DNA from: an uncultured bacterium
GTDB lineage: Bacteria > Electryoneota > Tariuqbacteria > Tariuqbacterales > Tariuqbacteraceae
Assembly (NCBI GenBank): GCA_964421875.1
Contig: CAYQZD010000004.1
Location: 4,082 to 68,081 of the forward strand
Direction: 5' to 3'
Length of the DNA: 64,000 nucleotides
Below the pieces are notes generated by a model that saw only the letters and a program-made list of their open reading frames with translations, was not told the origin of the DNA and did no database searches. Each line of letters begins with the position of its first letter. Positions within the stretch are counted from its first letter, which is position 1. A program made the translations under genes and the position numbers. Positions 27,119-36,491 of the stretch are shown one piece after another.

Positions 27119-29527
27119 TTATTCATACCGCAGTGAGTCAGCAGGATTCGCGGCTGCGGCTCTGAAAGACTGCAGACTGACGGTCAGCAGCGCAATCACA
27201 ATCGCCGCCAAACCCGCTGCGGGAAAGGACCACATCCAATCGACGAACCTGATGCGATAGGCGAAGCTTTCGAGCCAGCGATTCATCGCGAAGTAAGATA
27301 GTGGCCAGGCTATTAGATTCGCCAGTCCTACCAGCAGTAAAAACTCCCCGGACATCAGCCTTACTATACCAGCCACTGTCGCCCCCAGGACTTTGCGGAT
27401 ACCGATTTCCTTGGTGCGGCGTTCTGCGGAATAGGTGGACATCCCAAACAATCCCATACAACTGAGGAAAACGGCGAGCAGGCTGAAATAGAGAATGATA
27501 TTCCCCAGCCTGCGGTCGGCGCGGTACCTGCGGTCGAAAATTTCATCGATAAAGAAATAATGGAAGGGGCGTTCCGGATTCCTCTCTCTCCACTTTTCCT
27601 CCAGTCCTTTTATGGTTCCGGCGACATTTTCAGGCGTTATCCTGACTAAAACCGATCTGAACTCCGAGGCGTTCATTCCGATAATCATCGAGGGGATTTC
27701 GCTGTGGAGCGACTGCTGATGGAAGTCTTTCACCACGCCGACAACCGAGCGGTTGAGCGTTGTAAAGCCGGTGTCTGTAATCACCGAGCATAAAATCTTT
27801 TTTCCCAAGGGCTCATCCCAGCCGAATTTCATTGCGGCGGTCTGGTTGATTAGGATAGATTCCGTGACATCGGTAGGCATCTCATTCGAGAAATTCCTGC
27901 CGAGAACCAGCTCCATCCGAATCGTTCGGAGATAATACGGGTCGATATCCAGTATATTCATCGTCTGGGGCTTATCTTCGGCGAAACCTTCCGGGAAGGT
28001 AATCGCCAGCCTGCAGCCTCCACCAGGCACGAAGGAGGCGGCGGCCGCATTAAGAACGCCAGGCACGCTCTTCAACTCGTTTCTGAAGGAATCCATCGAC
28101 CGTTTGATTTCCTTACCGATACGGGGAATCACCAGCACTTGTTCGCTGCTAAATCCCATTTCTTTGTTTTTCACATACATCAATTGACTATAGACGGTCG
28201 ATGCGCCAATGATAAGGGCGATGGAAATGGTGAATTGGAGTACGACCAGGGCGATATGGAGCTTCGTTTTAGGAGAGCCAGATGCGGTCCCTCCCTGTAT
28301 AATTTTCACCGGTTGGAAGGCTGATAGAATCAGCGCCGGATAGCTACCTGCGATGAATCCCACTAGCAACGGCAGGCAAAGCAGCGCCGCCAGCAGATAG
28401 AGCTGTCCCAGCGCATCGAACGTCAGCCGTCTGTCGGCTAAGGAATTGAAGAAGGGGAGAGCTATCTCAATCAGGAGAACTGCCAGCAGGACAGCGAAGA
28501 GGCTGAAGAGTATAGTTTCCACTATTAGCTGCGCGATTAAATTGCTTCTACCGGCTCCGAAGGTTTTCCTCACCGCCACTTCTCGGGAACGCACTCCCGC
28601 TCGGGCGGTGGTGATATTGATATAATTCATACAAGCTATGATGAGAATCAGCGTCGCTATGGCGGTAAAAATATAAACGTAAGTAATTGAACCGTTGACG
28701 CCGATTTCGGCGGCGAGGTTGGAATGCAAGTGAATGCTGGTCAGGGGCTGGAGGAAACATTTCAGGGTAGCGCCGGATGATTTTAAGGGTTCTCCCATAT
28801 GTTTATCCACGAAGCCGGGCAGTTTCTGCTCGAATTCACGATAGTCGGTGTTATCGGCAAGGAGGAGATAGGTGAAGTATTGAATATTGAACCACATCTC
28901 CATTTCGGCGCGTTTGACCGCATACTGCGTTTCAATGGAGCGGAGCATATTGAAGGTGAAATGTGAATTGCGGGGGATGTTCTCCACCACGCCGGTCACG
29001 GTGAAATCGGTTTCACCGTCGAACTTCAGCGTTTTTCCCAGCGGGTCTTCATCGCCGAAGTATTTTTCCGCCATTTCCCTGGTGATTACCACGGTATAGG
29101 GAGTATTCAGCGCGGAATTGGGGTCTCCGGCGAGGAAGGGGAAGGTGAATACCTGGAAGACGGAGTTGTCTGCGTAACCTATGTATTCTTCTCGGAACAG
29201 CTTGTCTTTGTACTTCACGGCGGCGCTGCCCAAAGGGCTGATTCGGGCGGCGTTCACCACTTCGGGGTACTCTTCGATGAGCCGCGGCGCCGCCGGCACC
29301 ATAGAGATGGCGGCGATGAAGGGCGAGCCGAAATTCGCGTCGACGCAGAGGCGGTGGATATTATCTGCGTTAGTGTGGCGCTTATCGAAGCTGAGTTCGT
29401 CCATTACCCAGAGCATAATCAGGATACAGCACGCCATCCCGATAGCCAGTCCTAAGATGTTAATGACCGAGTACAGCTTGTGCCGGAGCAGGCTTCTTAT
29501 TGCCGAGGTTAAATAGTTTTTTAACAT
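27119..29527 (-). CDS. ABC transporter permease, FtsX/MacB-type, double-FtsX ~800-aa form (paralog 1 of 4)
   Basis: 802 aa. N-terminal MLKNYLTSAIRSLLRHKLYSVINILGLAIG, C-terminal AAANPADSLRYE. Two MacB periplasmic domains plus two 4-TM FtsX blocks. Confidence 0.85.
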   Translation of the reverse strand: MLKNYLTSAIRSLLRHKLYSVINILGLAIGMACCILIMLWVMDELSFDKRHTNADNIHRLCVDANFGSPFIAAISMVPAAPRLIEEYPEVVNAARISPLGSAAVKYKDKLFREEYIGYADNSVFQVFTFPFLAGDPNSALNTPYTVVITREMAEKYFGDEDPLGKTLKFDGETDFTVTGVVENIPRNSHFTFNMLRSIETQYAVKRAEMEMWFNIQYFTYLLLADNTDYREFEQKLPGFVDKHMGEPLKSSGATLKCFLQPLTSIHLHSNLAAEIGVNGSITYVYIFTAIATLILIIACMNYINITTARAGVRSREVAVRKTFGAGRSNLIAQLIVETILFSLFAVLLAVLLIEIALPFFNSLADRRLTFDALGQLYLLAALLCLPLLVGFIAGSYPALILSAFQPVKIIQGGTASGSPKTKLHIALVVLQFTISIALIIGASTVYSQLMYVKNKEMGFSSEQVLVIPRIGKEIKRSMDSFRNELKSVPGVLNAAAASFVPGGGCRLAITFPEGFAEDKPQTMNILDIDPYYLRTIRMELVLGRNFSNEMPTDVTESILINQTAAMKFGWDEPLGKKILCSVITDTGFTTLNRSVVGVVKDFHQQSLHSEIPSMIIGMNASEFRSVLVRITPENVAGTIKGLEEKWRERNPERPFHYFFIDEIFDRRYRADRRLGNIILYFSLLAVFLSCMGLFGMSTYSAERRTKEIGIRKVLGATVAGIVRLMSGEFLLLVGLANLIAWPLSYFAMNRWLESFAYRIRFVDWMWSFPAAGLAAIVIALLTVSLQSFRAAAANPADSLRYE

Positions 29528-29542
29528 AAAATAACTACAAAT

Positions 29543-32020
29543 TTATTCATATCTCAGCGATTCCACCGGATTGGCGGCGGCGGCTTTAACGGAATTATAG
29601 CCGGCGGCTGTCAGCGCCAGCGCTATAGTCATGAGCGCCGCAAAAGCGAAGGTTCCCACTCCGACACTTATCCTGAAGGGGTAGTATTGGAGGAAGTCTT
29701 TCATCATCAGATAGGCGATGGGAAAAGCCAAGACATTAGCGATGGCTATTAAAATGATGAATTCCTTCGAAAGCGCGGCAACAATGCCTTGCACAGACGC
29801 GCCCAAGATTTTTCTGATACCGATTTCCCTCGTCCTTCGAGCGGCAGTATAAGACACTAAACCGAATATACCGAGGCAGGCGATAGCTATGGTCAAAAGC
29901 GACAGCGCGAAAAACATTTTCATCTGCCCCCTAAGTTCGCTGTAATTACGGTCTATCTCTTCATCCAGGAAGGAATAGATAAAAGGTTCGCCTGGCAGTG
30001 TCGTTTCCCAAACCCGGCCGATTTCGTTCAACGATTTTTTGATATCTCCCTGCGGCAGTTTGACTGACAGGATTTTTGCCGCATCAGGTCTCAGTCTGAT
30101 AAGGGAAATTGGTTTGTAGTAATAATCGAGAGTGGTTCCCTGGAAATCTTCCACCACTCCGACGATTTCATAAAATTTATCTTTGCCGTACAGCCGGTAT
30201 CCCACCGGATTATCCGCGTCTAAAGCCTTGGCGCCAGTCTCTGTAATCAGCAGAGCATGGTTTATATCGGCGGGGGAGTTTTGGTCGAATTCTCTGCCCT
30301 GAGCAATCTTCAAATTGAACACATTCAGGAAATCATAATCCGTATCGAAGAGCTTTACCGTAATCCGGTTCTCATCCAACCTCTCTTCGCCGGTGTAAAA
30401 TCCATAGAAGCTGTAACCTCTTCTTCCCGGAGGGGAGTTTGATACAGTAGCTGAAACCGCATCGGTCTTCCTTAGAATCTCATTTTTAACCAGTTGGCAG
30501 TTTTCAACTGTATTTTCCCCGTCGAAATCGAACACTACGATGTTCTCCTTATCGAAACCAAGGTTTATTCCCAATAGAAAATGGGTCTGTCGATAGATAA
30601 CGATAGCGCATAGAATGAACACGGCGGTGATTCCGAATTGAAATACTACCAGACACTTACGCAATAGCGACTTTGTCGATTTAACGCTGGTTTTGGTTTG
30701 AAGGATCGTCAGCGGACTGAAACGTGACAGGTAGAGCGCAGGATAGAAACCTGCGGCGACGCCCACCAATACCAGCAGCGCCGCGACCGCCGCCATCATC
30801 CAGGGACTGCTGTAGAAATCGACAAACATTTGACGGGGAAGCGAATCCTGAACGCTTATCTTAAAAAGTTCATAAAGCCCAATGCTGACTATAAGGGAAA
30901 TAAAAGTAATGATTATGGACTCGCCCAGAAACTGAGCGATAAGTTGTTTTCGATAGGCTCCGAATACTTTTCGGATTCCAACCTCCCTGGTGCGTTCAGC
31001 GGTTCTGGCGGTAGCGAGGTTGATAAAGTTAGCGACGGCCTGTACTAACACAAAAAGCGCCACAATCCCCATCGCAATGATAACCGACACCTCGCCCATC
31101 GGATCCAGTTCGTTCTGTCTGTTGGATAAAAGGGAACTGAAATAGACTTTTTTCAGCGGTTGCAGCGATAGGGTGTAGTTCGCTGCGGTAGAGGATTCTA
31201 ATAAGTTTGAAGCGAATCCCGGAAGTTTTTCCTCCACTGCGCCGGGGAGAGCGTCCTTTCGCAGCAGAAGATAAACGTAATCGCTGCCGTAGAAGTTCCA
31301 GGCTTGGATATCCTCGCCGATTCTATCCAGCGTGGAATAGGACACGATGAAATCGGTTTTTAGCTGGGTGTTCTGGGGTATATCCCGCAAAATTCCTGCG
31401 ATACGGCATTCGAAGCGGTCGTTGATGCGGACGACCTTGCCTATAGGGTTCTGCCCTGGGAAATACTCGCCGCGCGCTTTTTCGCTGATAAATACTGTGA
31501 ACGGTTCGTCCATCGCCGAAGGGGAGCCTTGAATCAGGGTGAAGGAGAATACTTGAAAGTAATGGGGATCGGCAAAAATCATTATATTGTGGTGAGCATA
31601 GGCTTGCCCTGCGTATTTGTCCTTGATAAGAAAACGTTCGTTATCGATTTTCAGGTTGTCTATTCTTTTAATCCTAAAAACGGCGGCGCTCTCGACTTCG
31701 GGTATTCCGTCAGCTATGGCTTTTCCCATTGTCCCCATAGTTTTAGCGGAATGGATATGGGTGATTTCATATTCATCGCTCCCGCCAAACCGACGTATAA
31801 TATCCAGTTTCTCATCGGGTTTCAGCCGGTAACTTCCGTTCACCCGGTATATCGATTTCTTATTCTTATGAATATCCTCGAAACTGAGTTCATATACAAT
31901 GTTACCCACCACTATCAAGCAGAGCGAGAGACCTATGGCGAGACCGAAGATGTTTATGACAGTATATATTCCGTGCTTTTTTAAATTTCTAAGGGCGGAA
32001 ATCAGGTAGTTTTTCAGCAT
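29543..32020 (-). CDS. ABC transporter permease, FtsX/MacB-type (paralog 2 of 4)
   Basis: 825 aa. Same termini pattern (MLKNYLISALRNL ... AAANPVESLRYE). Confidence 0.85.
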   Translation of the reverse strand: MLKNYLISALRNLKKHGIYTVINIFGLAIGLSLCLIVVGNIVYELSFEDIHKNKKSIYRVNGSYRLKPDEKLDIIRRFGGSDEYEITHIHSAKTMGTMGKAIADGIPEVESAAVFRIKRIDNLKIDNERFLIKDKYAGQAYAHHNIMIFADPHYFQVFSFTLIQGSPSAMDEPFTVFISEKARGEYFPGQNPIGKVVRINDRFECRIAGILRDIPQNTQLKTDFIVSYSTLDRIGEDIQAWNFYGSDYVYLLLRKDALPGAVEEKLPGFASNLLESSTAANYTLSLQPLKKVYFSSLLSNRQNELDPMGEVSVIIAMGIVALFVLVQAVANFINLATARTAERTREVGIRKVFGAYRKQLIAQFLGESIIITFISLIVSIGLYELFKISVQDSLPRQMFVDFYSSPWMMAAVAALLVLVGVAAGFYPALYLSRFSPLTILQTKTSVKSTKSLLRKCLVVFQFGITAVFILCAIVIYRQTHFLLGINLGFDKENIVVFDFDGENTVENCQLVKNEILRKTDAVSATVSNSPPGRRGYSFYGFYTGEERLDENRITVKLFDTDYDFLNVFNLKIAQGREFDQNSPADINHALLITETGAKALDADNPVGYRLYGKDKFYEIVGVVEDFQGTTLDYYYKPISLIRLRPDAAKILSVKLPQGDIKKSLNEIGRVWETTLPGEPFIYSFLDEEIDRNYSELRGQMKMFFALSLLTIAIACLGIFGLVSYTAARRTREIGIRKILGASVQGIVAALSKEFIILIAIANVLAFPIAYLMMKDFLQYYPFRISVGVGTFAFAALMTIALALTAAGYNSVKAAAANPVESLRYE

Positions 32021-32154
32021 TATCTTATTCCAGAATATTGACGGTGGTTTTCAGTTTGGAGAGTCCGCAGGTGTATTAAATAAGGCTCTTCTCCAATTTT
32101 GATTCAAGTATCCAATACAGCTCAAAGCCAGGGCATCAGCAAAAAAACTTGCTT

Positions 32155-32238
32155 GTCATTCCGAGCGAATGCCGGAATCCAGTTTCATTATTGAAAGAGA
32201 TTTTCCTGGACTCTCGCTTTCGCGGGAGTGACATACGA
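32155..32238. repeat. degenerate MITE-like element copy F
   Basis: GTCATTCCGAGCGAATGCCGGAATCCAG ... GGACTCTCGCTTTCGCGGGAGTGACATACG retains the hairpin skeleton. Confidence 0.4.
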
Positions 32239-32295
32239 TCGGACAATCATTTTTGTTATCGGTATAACTCTGTTTGCCGAAGCTATTCTCACATA

Positions 32296-32556
32296 TCACG
32301 CATCGCGTTTTCGGAACATTATGGGGACGCTGTCGCCGATGGGAGCGCCGATTTGCACCAGACGCCAATCCCTGTCGCGCTCGTTCAGGACGCGTTTGAT
32401 GGTCTTGATTTTATCAGAGGTAGAGGGATCAAGTTCTTCCCACTCAACAATTTCAATGCGATATTTCAATTTGCGGTTTTTTCCGTTGATGGTAACATCG
32501 ATTTCGATGTTCTGTTCGGCGTCATAGGTCGGTATTTGGATGACGACTTCACGCAT
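32296..32556 (-). CDS. small hypothetical protein (86 aa) inserted between permease paralogs
   Basis: Intact ORF with a Lys/Glu-rich beta-like sequence. Adjacent to a degenerate MITE-like copy. No family recognised. Confidence 0.3.
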   Translation of the reverse strand: MREVVIQIPTYDAEQNIEIDVTINGKNRKLKYRIEIVEWEELDPSTSDKIKTIKRVLNERDRDWRLVQIGAPIGDSVPIMFRKRDA

Positions 32557-32601
32557 ATTTTTTTACCTCACAGGGCTTATGCCTCCGATATAGTGTCTCA
32601 C

Positions 32602-35052
32602 TTACTCATACCTTAACGATTCCACCGGATTGGCGGCGGCGGCTTTCAGGGAATGGTAGCTTACCGCGATTAAAGCGACCGCCACCGATATGGTCACCGC
32701 CATCAAGAAAATCCAGGCCTCTATTTCGGTTCGATAGGCGAAATTCCTCAACCATCGATTCATCACTATCCAAGCTAAGGGAGCAGCTACAATGTTTGCG
32801 ATGATTACCATAACAATGAACTGTCGAGACATCAAGCGCAGGATATTTGACGTTGCCGCTCCTAAAACTTTACGGATACCAATCTCTCTGGTGCGTTTGG
32901 AAGCCGCTAATGAGGTCAAGCCAAACAATCCCAGGCAGGCTATCAGGAGGGAAAACACAGTTGAATACCGGACAATACTGCGCCATCGCAGTTCGGCGGC
33001 ATATTGTTCAGCCACACGGTCATCGATGAACTCGTAACTGAAAGGCATACCGGGGGCAATTTTCTTCCATGCGGTTTCCAGAGCTTTGAGTGTTCCCGGA
33101 ATATCGTTTCCATCAATCCGCGCCGCCATATGGTTGTAACTGCTGAGATAGCCATTTCTGGTTATATGAAATACCAATGGCTCTATTTTCCGGTGAAGTG
33201 GATAATAATGGAAATCTTTCACCACTCCAACCACAACAGCGTCTTTGAATCCTCGAGGCAGTTTTTGACCGAGGGGATTTTCCCAGCCGAAAGCTTTTAC
33301 CGCAGCTTGATTGACTATTATTGCGCCATCGCGGTCCGATGGATATTCCGGGGAAAAATTTCTCCCTTTCAGCAACTCAATCCTCATTGTCGGTATATAA
33401 TTGTGGTCAACCCAGTTGATATAAAAATAAGGGTTTGAAATTTCGGATTGACCGAAGGAGGCGTTATTCCTGATGTTCTCTCCGACATTCATACTGAGAC
33501 CATCCTCTTCAATGGTAATCCGCAGCCAGGACTCGCCGAACCCGTAGGCGCAGCCCGCGACATCAACCACGCCGTTATGGTTTCCTAACTCTGTTTGGCA
33601 GCGCCGGACAATTCTTTCCGCCTCTTCGCCATCGGTCCCCAGCGGAATAGTCACCACCGAATCGCGGTTATAACCCAAATCGCTCCCCCGCATATATTTC
33701 ATCTGTGAAGATATGATAAAAGTGGTGAGAATGAGGAAAACCGAGATGGTAAACTGAAACACTACCATTCCCCGGATGAGCAAGCTGCCTCCGCCGATTT
33801 TTATTTTACCCCGGAATATCGCCGCCGGCGCCAGGCTGGAAAGCAGCGCAGCCGGGTAAACGCCTGATACGAAGGCGGTAACGATGGTCAAACCTGCCAG
33901 CGCCGGAATCACGCTCCAGCCTGAAGACAGAGTAAGCTCCAGACGTTTCTGCGCCAGGTTGTTGAAAGCGGGCAGGAACAGTTCAGCCAGCACAATTCCC
34001 AGCATCATAGCGATGAGGGTGAGCAGGAGCGATTCCCCCCAGAACTGCTTCATCAACTGCCCGCGCTGCGCTCCCAGCGCTTTTCGCAGTCCCACTTCCC
34101 GGGTGCGGCTGGCTGAGCGTCCCACCGCGAGGGTAGTAAAATTGATACAGGCGATGAGCAAAACTGCCAGAGCAATGGCTGAGAGAATGTAGGAATACAC
34201 CGGATTGCTGTTAGGCGCAATCAATCCATCATACATGGGATTAAGGTGTATATCGGTCAAAGGCTGCAACAAATATCGGCGGGGAGAGCCTTTCTGTCCG
34301 TCGGAAAATAAGCTCCGGGTGAATAAAGTCAGTTTGCCTTCGAATTCCGCGGCGCTTACGCCCGGCTCAAGTTCCAGCAAGGTCTGCATTATCGATATAT
34401 TCCAACTGTCTAACATGCGCTCAGGATAAACATAATTCAACAATTCCAGAGGGATAAGGATATTATACTGGATACTCGAATTGCCGGGGGCTTCATTAAC
34501 AACGCCGGTAACCTTCACATCTACCTGCTCAGCTCCGAGTATAAGTGATAGAGTTTTTCCAATAGGATTTTCGTCCCCGAAATATTTCCGGGCGATTTCA
34601 GGGGTGATGACGGCTGACTTTGGGTCATTCAATACAGTTCCGGAGCTGCCCTGGAGGAGACTGAAGGAGAGCATTTTAAAGAAACCGGGGTCGATATGAA
34701 TCACCGACTCGGTAAATGAATTTTCGCCGCGGCTGACCACATAATTCGAGCCGTCGGTGATGCGGACCGCGTTAACTACCTGGGGAAAATTCGCCAGAAG
34801 CTCCGGCGCTATTAACTTGGTGACCGAAGGGGAGCGAACCGGCTCTTCACCGGGCGGCTCTTCGACCCGTATCAGCCGGTAAATGCTGCCCTCTTTCTTA
34901 TGAAACCGGTCGAAGGATAATTCATCCCTCACATAGAGGAAGATCAGCAGACAACATGCGAGTCCTACGGACAAACCGAAAATGCTAATGAGCGAATGGA
35001 GTCTGCCTCGTGTAAGGCTGCGCAAGGCGACTATGAGGTAGTTTTTAAACAT
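32602..35052 (-). CDS. ABC transporter permease, FtsX/MacB-type (paralog 3 of 4)
   Basis: 816 aa. MFKNYLIVALRSL ... AAANPVESLRYE. Confidence 0.85.
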   Translation of the reverse strand: MFKNYLIVALRSLTRGRLHSLISIFGLSVGLACCLLIFLYVRDELSFDRFHKKEGSIYRLIRVEEPPGEEPVRSPSVTKLIAPELLANFPQVVNAVRITDGSNYVVSRGENSFTESVIHIDPGFFKMLSFSLLQGSSGTVLNDPKSAVITPEIARKYFGDENPIGKTLSLILGAEQVDVKVTGVVNEAPGNSSIQYNILIPLELLNYVYPERMLDSWNISIMQTLLELEPGVSAAEFEGKLTLFTRSLFSDGQKGSPRRYLLQPLTDIHLNPMYDGLIAPNSNPVYSYILSAIALAVLLIACINFTTLAVGRSASRTREVGLRKALGAQRGQLMKQFWGESLLLTLIAMMLGIVLAELFLPAFNNLAQKRLELTLSSGWSVIPALAGLTIVTAFVSGVYPAALLSSLAPAAIFRGKIKIGGGSLLIRGMVVFQFTISVFLILTTFIISSQMKYMRGSDLGYNRDSVVTIPLGTDGEEAERIVRRCQTELGNHNGVVDVAGCAYGFGESWLRITIEEDGLSMNVGENIRNNASFGQSEISNPYFYINWVDHNYIPTMRIELLKGRNFSPEYPSDRDGAIIVNQAAVKAFGWENPLGQKLPRGFKDAVVVGVVKDFHYYPLHRKIEPLVFHITRNGYLSSYNHMAARIDGNDIPGTLKALETAWKKIAPGMPFSYEFIDDRVAEQYAAELRWRSIVRYSTVFSLLIACLGLFGLTSLAASKRTREIGIRKVLGAATSNILRLMSRQFIVMVIIANIVAAPLAWIVMNRWLRNFAYRTEIEAWIFLMAVTISVAVALIAVSYHSLKAAAANPVESLRYE

Positions 35053-35149
35053 CTTTCTAAGTCATTCGATGAGTTTTCGTAAATCCTGCTTTGGTCAAAC
35101 TGAAAGAAAACGATATTTTATAAGACAATAGGTATCTGTAGCGATAAGC

Positions 35150-35252
35150 GAAATTGTCATTCCGGCGCAGCCGGAATCCTTCCGGAGAAGAGGGATTCTG
35201 GCTTGCTTCGCAGCCAGAATGACGTATACGCTTCATATCAGTAAAGTGTTAC
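35150..35252. repeat. MITE-like element copy D (full length, with CTTCATATCAGTAAAGTGT tail), between permease paralog 3 and the acyl-CoA dehydrogenase gene
   Basis: AAATTGTCATTCCGGCGCAGCCGGAATCCTTCCGGAGAAGAGGGATTCTGGCTTGCTTCGCAGCCAGAATGACGTATACGCTTCATATCAGTAAAGTGT. Confidence 0.8.
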
Positions 35253-35259
35253 AACATTT

Positions 35260-36453
35260 TTAATACGACCGGGGCAGATTCAGTGAATGCTCGGCAATCT
35301 GATTGAGTATCAGGGCGTTGCTGATGGGCGAAGTTTTCAGCAGGCGAGCCGCTTCCAGCAGATGGATGATGCCATAATCTTCATCGAATCCCTTCCCGCC
35401 AAATGCGTCGATGGCGGCATCGACCGCTTTCATGGCAGTCTCGGCAGCGAGGTATTTGGCTGAATTGGCGGATTCCGCGATACTGGCAATTTCCGCTTCC
35501 CGGTCGAAGAGGCAGGCTGCTCGGTGAGTCAGCAGACGCGCCGCTTCAATTAGTATGAACAAATCCGCCAGCGGATGCTGGATTGATTGGTATGCCCCGA
35601 TGGGGGTGTCCTTGAATACTCTGCGCTCCCTCGCGTGCCCGCAGGCTTTTTCCAGGCAGTATCGGCTGATTCCGACAGCCATTGCGGCGGCGAGAATTCG
35701 CTCCGGATTGAAGACGTGGAAGAGGACTTTCGCGCCCTGGTGTTCTTCACCGATCAACCGTGAATCTGGAACGTATACACCGTTAAACCGAAGTGCATAC
35801 TGCGTCATTACCCCTTCGCCGCGCGATGGAACCGGTGTAATTTCTATCCCTTCCGCATCCTTATCGATGATGAATACCGAGAGTCCGTAGGTTTTGGACA
35901 ATCCTTGATCAAGACAGTCCTTCAGGGATTTAGTTCGAGTAATCAGGATAAGATGGTCGGAGATATCCACGCCGGAGATGTATGTTTTCGAGCCGTCGAT
36001 TAGGTAATCACCGTCCTTCTTCTCAGCGATAGTATCAATATTAAAGACGTTAAAGCCCGCTCTGCTTTCAGTGGCGGCAATAGCGGTCTTAATCTCGCCC
36101 GCAGCGATGCCGGGCAGGAAGTCGCTTTTTAATTCCTCGGAGCCGAATTTGTCGATGCCGGCGGCTGTCATCGTGGTGAGTATAGGCCTGAAGGAATGAA
36201 GGCTTACTGCGCCCAATTCCTCCATCACCACCGCCGCGGCGAGCAGTCCTCTACCGTTTCCGCCGAGTTTTTTCGGGATTAGAAAACCTTGAAAGCCCAA
36301 ATCCGCCAGTGTATTCCAGACTTCGTCGAGGGCGGCTTTTTGCCGCGCGGGGGCGTTGAGGGAGGAATGTCGGGATATTATCTTCTCAAACGCCCCCCGC
36401 GAAGTCCGTTTCAATTCCAATAGGCTTTCATCGAAAGAGAAATCCAGATCCAT
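35260..36453 (-). CDS. acyl-CoA dehydrogenase family protein
   Basis: 397 aa. ACAD N-terminal, middle and C-terminal domain features (GFNVFNIDTIAEKKDGDYLIDGSKTYISG; C-terminal helical domain). Sits inside the permease array next to a MITE-like copy. Confidence 0.7.
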   Translation of the reverse strand: MDLDFSFDESLLELKRTSRGAFEKIISRHSSLNAPARQKAALDEVWNTLADLGFQGFLIPKKLGGNGRGLLAAAVVMEELGAVSLHSFRPILTTMTAAGIDKFGSEELKSDFLPGIAAGEIKTAIAATESRAGFNVFNIDTIAEKKDGDYLIDGSKTYISGVDISDHLILITRTKSLKDCLDQGLSKTYGLSVFIIDKDAEGIEITPVPSRGEGVMTQYALRFNGVYVPDSRLIGEEHQGAKVLFHVFNPERILAAAMAVGISRYCLEKACGHARERRVFKDTPIGAYQSIQHPLADLFILIEAARLLTHRAACLFDREAEIASIAESANSAKYLAAETAMKAVDAAIDAFGGKGFDEDYGIIHLLEAARLLKTSPISNALILNQIAEHSLNLPRSY

Positions 36454-36491
36454 ATCGATTCTCGAATTTTTCTATTATCTTAAACCATTTA

